Notes under the pieces: generated by a model
Database searches by the model: none
Told to the model about the DNA's origin: nothing
What the model saw: only the letters and a program-made list of their open reading frames with translations
Translations under genes and position numbers: made by a program
Assembly (NCBI RefSeq): GCF_009914755.1
Contig: NC_060929.1
Direction: 5' to 3' (one strand)
Length of the DNA stretch: 64,000 bases
From: the human T2T-CHM13v2.0 reference genome, Homo sapiens
In this document: positions 55,832-64,000 of the stretch, piece by piece
Layout of the letters: every line of letters begins with the position of its first letter
Numbering within the stretch: position 1 is the stretch's first letter

Positions 55832-58297
55832 AAAGCAGAATTTTTAAATTTTGATGAAGTCTAATTTGTTCATTGTTTAAATGGTTCATGCTTCTTCTTT
55901 CCCACCTAGGAATTTTTGCTATATCAAGAGTGCAAAGATTTTCTTCCATGTTTCCTCCTGGAAATTTTATAATTTTTGCTTGTTTAGGTCTTCTCTAATA
56001 TAAGTACTTAAGGCTATACATTATGTTCTAAGCTCTGCTTTAGTCTTATCCCACACATTTTGATGTTACTATTACCATTCCATTTAAAATATTTTCTAAT
56101 TTTCTTATGTTTTCTTTGACCCATGCATTATTAAGAGGTATATTGTTTAATTTCTAAATGTTTGGGAATTTTCCTTATATCTTCCTGTTATTGATTTCTA
56201 ATTTAATTATCTTGTAACAGAACATACTCCATATAATTTCAATCTGATTAAATTTCCCTATGGCCCAGAAAATTGTCTATTTTGGTGACTATTGTGAATG
56301 CACTTGAAAAGGATGTTTATTCTTTTTTTGAATGGTATATTCTATACATTTATCAGTTGGGTCCAGTTGGTTGTATTTTTCAAGTCTCCTATGTCTGTAC
56401 TGATTTTTTTGTGTTCTTGTTTTATTAATTAATGAAAAAAACACTGTTGAAGCTCCCAGTTGTATTTGTGGTTTTATTTTTCCTTTCAGTTCTATCAGCT
56501 TTTTCCTTGGATATTTTGAATCTCTGTTACAGGATGCATACACATTTAGAACTGTTATATCTTTTTGATAAGTTTACCCCTTTATCATTATGAAATTTAC
56601 CTCCTATTCCTGGTAATATTCCTTGTTCCGAACTGTACTTTGTCTGATGTTATCCATTCCAGTTTTTTTTTTTACAATGAATTTTTGCAGAGTATATCTT
56701 ATTTTGTCCTTTTATCTGTAATCCACTTCTTGTAGTCCACTCTGGTAATCTCTGCCTTTTACTTCTTTTAATTAGAAAGTTCAGACCATTTATATTTAAT
56801 GTGATTATTGCTATGGTTGAATTTAAAACTACTACTTTGATACCTGTTTTTTATTTGCCCCATCTGTTCTTTGTTCCTTTTTTTCTTTTATTTTTGTTTG
56901 GGGGTGGGGGTCAGTTGAGCATTTTATAATACTTCTGTTTATCTCCACTATTACTTATTAGTTATACTTAGGTTTTTGCTTTTGTGTTTTTAAAGGTTAT
57001 TTTTGATTCTTGAATGTGCATCCTTTGCTTATCAACTTGTACTGTGGGTGACAGGGTTTGCTACCTTTCCCCCAGTGACTTAAGGCCTTTGTTCCACAGA
57101 AGAGGAGCCAGATGGGTTTTGTGCCTTTTTCACTCTACTGATGGAGGCCCTCTTCTCCCACCCTGCCCCAAATATTTCTCATGTCCACTTGTAGTTCTTC
57201 TCCACACACCCCCATTGAAGGTATGTGGAGAAGAACTGCAAGTGGACATAAACTTCCCTCATGTCTGAAACTCCCAGGGGCTCTATGATGTCCCACTAGC
57301 CCAAGTGAGGCCTAGCAACTTAAACTTTTTAAGTGAATTCATTTTACCCACTTTGATGATGCTCAGTGTCTCTTCCCCCAATACTCTGCCACAATTAAGC
57401 CAATGCTTGTATCATCTTGGAGGCTCCTGTCTTTCCTTGGCTTTCAGTCTATTTGGTTGCTCTTTATATCAGCTCTCTAATGAGATTAAGAAATATTCTG
57501 ATTCTGTAGTTCATACATTTTTCTTGTACTTGGGGCAGGAATGATACCTTCCCAGCTAAATACTAGGCAGAAACAAAACTCTTGCAATAAGCTTTTATGC
57601 AGGCATTAGTCGTGGAAAAGCTGAGAAGCCAAACAGGGGTTGGTGAGCAACTCAGAGACTAGCAACATTAGATAGATTAGGCTGGAGGGAAAAAAAGAAG
57701 AGATACTGGTAAGCCCAGTAGCTAGGTTAATCTTGCAGAATCTAGAACCATAGAAGCTTGTCTGTCAGAAGCTGGAGCCATGGAAGAAACACAGACATTA
57801 CTTAATATGTCACCTGAGGCATAGAATGAAGGAGGAAAATATCCTGTCTTTTCCTCTTCACATTCAGTTTCCGGACAGTTTTTCCCGTTAGTCAAACTAG
57901 CTATCTCCAATAGACATGGCAACTTGGAGAATATAGCATGCAGACAACAGATAACACTCTTATTAGAAGAGAGCAGGAAAAGGATAAAACATAGAGCTGA
58001 GGCCAGTCACACAAAGACTAGCACAGGTGTTTATCCTCTATTTCTGAATAATGTGTTTATGTTTCCCCACATTGATTTTCCAGTTTTAGACATTATCTAT
58101 TATTGACTTCCTGACTTAGAAAATTTGGTTCTCTTCCACTACTCCTCTCTTACCTAACTCTAAACTTCCTCTATCTTGCAAATATTTATGTTGCAAATTT
58201 TTGTCTAAAAATAATGAGTGCTAAATTATTATAAGTGTGTATGTAGATGTTGTCCATAGCTGAATCATGTAATATAGTATATTAAAATGTTGTCTTA

Positions 58298-58592
58298 GCT
58301 AGGTGCAGTGGCTTATGCCTGTAATCCCAGTATTTTGGGAGGCCAAGGCAGGAGGACTGCTTGTGCCCAAAAGTTTGAGACCAGCCTGGGCAACATAGTG
58401 AGATCCTGTTTCTACAAAAAATAATAATAAAAAAAAATTAGCCAGGCATGGTGACATATGCCTGTGGTCCCAGCTACTTGAAAGGTTGGTGTGGGAGAAT
58501 CGCGTGAGCCTGGGAGGATAAGGCCGCAGTGAGCTGTGATCATGCCACTTGTACTTCAGCCTGGATGACAGAGTGAGACCGTGTCTCAAAAT
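58298..58592 (+). mobile_element. AluJ
   Basis: ggaggactgcttgtgccc...cctgggcaacatagtgag...gtgagctgtgatcatgcc; tail eroded. Confidence 0.9.
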
Positions 58593-58597
58593 AGAAG

Positions 58598-60135
58598 TTG
58601 CTTTAATGTGGTAAAATGCACATAATATAAAACTTACCATCTTAATCATTTTTAAGTGTACGCTTCAGTAGGTTAAGTATATTCAGTTTGTTGTCCAACC
58701 AATCTCCAGAATTTTTTCATACCTATTAAACGACTTCCTGTTTTCCCCTCCCCCGAGCCCCTGGGAACCACCATTCTACTTTCTATTTTTTTTTTTGAGT
58801 TTGACTTCCCTAGAGATATCTCATACAAGTTGAGTCATGATTTTTACCTTTTTGTGACTGGCTTATTTTACTTAATTAATGTCCTCAAGATTCATCCATG
58901 TTGTAGCATGTGTCAGAATTTCCTTCCTCTCTAAGGCTTAATAATATTTCATTGTATTACCTACCATATTTTGTTTATCCATTCATCCATCAGTGGATGT
59001 TTGGGTTGCTTTTACTTTTTGGTTATTGTGAATAATGCTGTTATGAACATGGGTGTATAAATATCTCTGAGATCCTAGGTGCAAATCTTTTCACTAAATA
59101 TCCAGAAGTAGAATTTCTGATTTATATGGTATTTCTGTTTTTAATTTTTTGAGGAACCATCATACTGTTTTTCACAGCAGCTGTATCATTTTACCACCAA
59201 AAGTTCACAAGAGTTCAAATGTCTCCACATCCTCACCAATATCTATTTTCTTTTTTTTTTTTTTCAATAGCAGCCATTCTAATGGGTGGGAGGCAATACC
59301 TCATTGTGACTTTGATTTATTTTCACTTCCAAAATTATTAATGACATTGAGCATCTTTTCATATGCTTATTGGCCATTTGTATATCTTATTTGGAGAAAT
59401 ATCTATTCAATTCCTTTGCTGGGATTTTCTATTTCTGCAAAAAAAATCATTGGGATTTTGATAGGAATTGCATTGAATCTGTAGATCGCTTTGTAGAGTA
59501 TTGACATCTTACTATATTAAGTCTTCCAGTACATAAACACAGGATATCTTTCCATTTATTTGTGTCTGCCTTAATATCTTTCAGTGATATTTTGTAATTT
59601 TCAGGGTGCAAGTCTTTTGGCTTGCTTATTCTGAATATTTTATTCTTTTTGATTCTATCATAAATGGAATTATTTTCTTAATTTCCTTTTCAGATTATTC
59701 ATTATTAGTGTGTAGAAATATAGCTAATTTTTTTCGTGTTTTGATTTTGAATCCTGTAATTTTGTTGAATTTGTTTATTATTTCTAACAGGTTTTTTTGT
59801 GGAATCCTTAAGATTTTCTACATACAAGATTCTGTTGTTTATGAATAGAGGTAATTTTAATTCTTCTTTTTGGATGCCTTTTATTTCTTTTTCTTGACTA
59901 ATTGTTCTGGCTAAGACTTCTAGTACTATGTTGAATAGAAGTGTTGAAAGTGAGCATTCTTGTCTATTTCCTGATCTTGCAGGAAAGCTTTCAGTCTTTC
60001 ACCTTGACTATGATAGCTGTGGACTTTTCCTATGTGGCCTTTATTGTGTTGAGGTAGTTTTCTTCTATTCCTGTTTTGTTGAGTGATTTTTTTTTTCATC
60101 CTTAAAGGGTACTGAATTTTACTAAATACACATTC
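58598..60135 (-). mobile_element. L1MB 3' region with an internal deletion near 59420
   Basis: gtggtaaaatgcacataatataaaacttaccatcttaatcatttttaagtgtac is the L1MB antisense 3' end; ORF2 fragments follow. Confidence 0.8.
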
Positions 60136-61063
60136 CAATTTTTTAAAGACAATTTTTTTTTACTCTGAAGTTTAAAATTGCTTGATTTTCTATGTACCTG
60201 TCACCAATTTTTAATCCCTAAATACTCCAACAGATCAATGAATTACTTATCAAAACAATCAAACACATCAGGTAATCTATCAATTAATTTTTTCCCCTGG
60301 TGACTTTGCCTCTGATGCTCTCTATTCTCTAGGCAGAACTGATTGCTCTGAAGGCTGAGCCCTCAGCTATTATGCTGGGTCTTCACTTTAGCACCATCCA
60401 GGAATTCTTTTTGCCTGTCACCTATTTGAATGTCCTGTTTCCTCTATCCCCTATCTTATTCTTGATTTTGATAGAGCATAATTTATAGTAACTTTATTTA
60501 TTATTCATGATGGGTAGTTTGGTTGGGCACAGAATTTCAGGTTGAAAATATTTTTCCCTCAATATTTTGAAGACATCAGTCTCTTCTAGCTTCCAAAGAC
60601 GAGTCTTAGACATTGTCTGATGTTTGGACAGTTTATTCCAGAAGTGCTCTTACAAGACAGATAGCGGGAGCAGGCTGGTGGCATGGGCCAGATAGAGTCA
60701 GGAGTCAGATGACTGGGAGAGTCTCCATCTGGGGACCATTCTCAGAGTTTGGGGGATTCTTTCTCCTTTTTCATACTATTCAGTCCAGGTCAGTTGCCAG
60801 GTGTTTCTTTCATAAAGGAAGTATTAGCATTCTTGTGAGGGTAAGCATTGTTTTAAGGTTGCATCTATGTTGAGTGGTCTTGTCCCTAGGGCAACCAGCA
60901 TTTTTAGGTCTCATTGTCATACAGACCCAGTAATTCCCAGGCCATGGTTGGAAATCTTAGGCCAGGTTTCACCATACTGCTAAGTGAACACATAGTGTAG
61001 ACCCTGTGAGATATTTGAGAGGGACTTTTGGCCATCATTAAACTTATAGCAACAATATGTCTC

Positions 61064-62602
<1,539 letters not shown>

Positions 62603-63194
62603 CTTATAGTATGCTACACAATGTAACTTTGAGATGTCTAATGATACACTGATGCGAACCATTTTCTTCTATCTGAAAATTTTAGGTCTTTTCTTTCTCC
62701 CCTGCGTGCTGAAGTATTACCATAATGTGCCTTGGTGAGAGTCATTTTTATTCATTTTGCTGTGTACTGTGTGGACCTTTTCAAACTGGCGCTCATGTCC
62801 TTCAGGTCTGGGATGTTTTTACGTGCGTGCTATTTTTTGAAGATATTCTCTTGCCCATTTCTTCTGTTTTCTTTTCCTGGAACTCTTAATAATTAAACTG
62901 GATGCTGAACTTCCTCTAACTTTCTTTTTTTCCTACCACTATTTTCCATCTCTTTGTCTTTTTTGCTTTTACTTTCTAGATTTCCTTAACTTTATCTTCT
63001 AATTGTGGGATTTCATTTAAAAAGTATATATCCGTACTTTAATTTTAAAAACTTCTTTTCTCGAAATGTCCCTTTTTTAATTGACTTCTGTTTTTATGAA
63101 GGTAATGCTTTATTATCTCACTGATTTTTGCTCCTAGTCTAATGCCTTAAATTTATTTTTCTTATATTTATACTGACTAGGCCTACCAATATAA

Positions 63195-63640
63195 TATTAT
63201 TATTATTATTAATTTTTAATTAACAAATAAAGATATATATTTATGTATACAGTGTGTTTTGAAATACATGTACATTGTGGAATGGCTAAATTTAGATAAT
63301 TGACATGTGCATTTCTCATATGCATTTTTGTGTGCAATGAGAACACTTGAAATCTGCTTAAAATTAGTAATCAAGTATACAATATATTGTTATTTATTAT
63401 AGTCACAATGTTGTACAGTAGAGCTCTTGAACTCATTCTTCCTAACTGAAATTTTATATTCTTTGAACAACATCTCTCTAAACCCTTATCTCTCCACACT
63501 CCCAGCCCCTCGTAACTACTGCTCTACTCTGCTTCTATGAGCTCAACTTTTTAGATTCCTATAAGTGAAATCATGTGGTATTTGTCATTCTGTGCCTGAT
63601 TTAGCATCATGCTCTCCAGATTCATCTGTATTCAGGCACC
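63195..63640 (-). mobile_element. L1MA (MA8-like) 3' end, within degenerate L1ME ORF1-region sequence
   Basis: tacattgtggaatggctaaa...gagaacacttgaaatct...tagtcacaatgttgtacagtagagctcttgaactcattc. Confidence 0.75.
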
Positions 63641-64000
63641 TGTTGTTCTTCATGCTCTGACTGAATGGGCTGGTGGAGTTCAGTGGTGTCCTATCTATTC
63701 CTTATAAAGATTGTCACAGTCCTTTTGCTTTCAGACCAGCTTAAACTGTTGGACTCAGTGATATCTAGTTTATTCAATTCTTGAGAATTCTCAAGGTTCT
63801 GTAACTTCTTAACTGTTTGGCGTATAATTAGCTTACTTCTTATTAGATATCCTATTATAGACTCAAGCTTCATCTCTCTTTGGTCTATGAGGCCACTTCT
63901 CATTTATTGCTTTTCAGTTTCTAGATTTTGTTGACATCTCTCATATGCTGTCATTATTTCTCTTTTTTGTGGATTTATAGTTTTAAATTCCTTTTCCTTT

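Larger units (their letters stand above)
50790..57540 (-). mobile_element. Old L1M (MD/ME-type) fragments hosting the younger L1/KPNA7 insertion
   Basis: Antisense L1M runs to 51386 (ttttcttaatggcgtcttt..aaagcagaatttt) and resumes at 55845 (taaattttgatgaagtctaattt). More degenerate L1 follows to ~57540. Confidence 0.65.

Overview
Primate, almost certainly human, repeat-dense genomic DNA. A near-consensus AluYa5 and an SVA support the species call. I found no intact protein-coding gene, RNA gene or CRISPR array. Nearly all ORFs in the track are L1 ORF1/ORF2 fragments, their antisense frames, or Alu-derived frames. The window holds layered L1s (L1PA3-16, L1PB, L1MA/MB/MC/ME), about 9 Alus, a 5'-truncated SVA, MaLR/ERVL LTRs (THE1D, MLT2A1 twice, MLT1D, LTR16), an ERVL integrase relic and hAT DNA-transposon relics. 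The only gene-derived sequence is a near-complete processed pseudogene of KPNA7 (oocyte-enriched importin-alpha; 52223-53900, minus). It sits without a TSD inside the inverted arm of a twin-primed L1PA10/11-like insertion, possibly from an L1-mRNA-L1 double template switch. A ~10.9 kb inversion (13500-24384) carries a ~420 bp inverted duplication and a 29 bp direct duplication, leaving two outward-facing MLT2A1 promoter cassettes with DUX4-type motifs and splice donors. A 7.7 kb composite L1 has two tandem 5' UTRs under one TSD, and the outer UTR keeps an open ORF0. Subfamily names come from remembered diagnostic motifs, not from a run alignment. I see retrotransposition and rearrangement history here, not clear evidence of a new multi-gene system.
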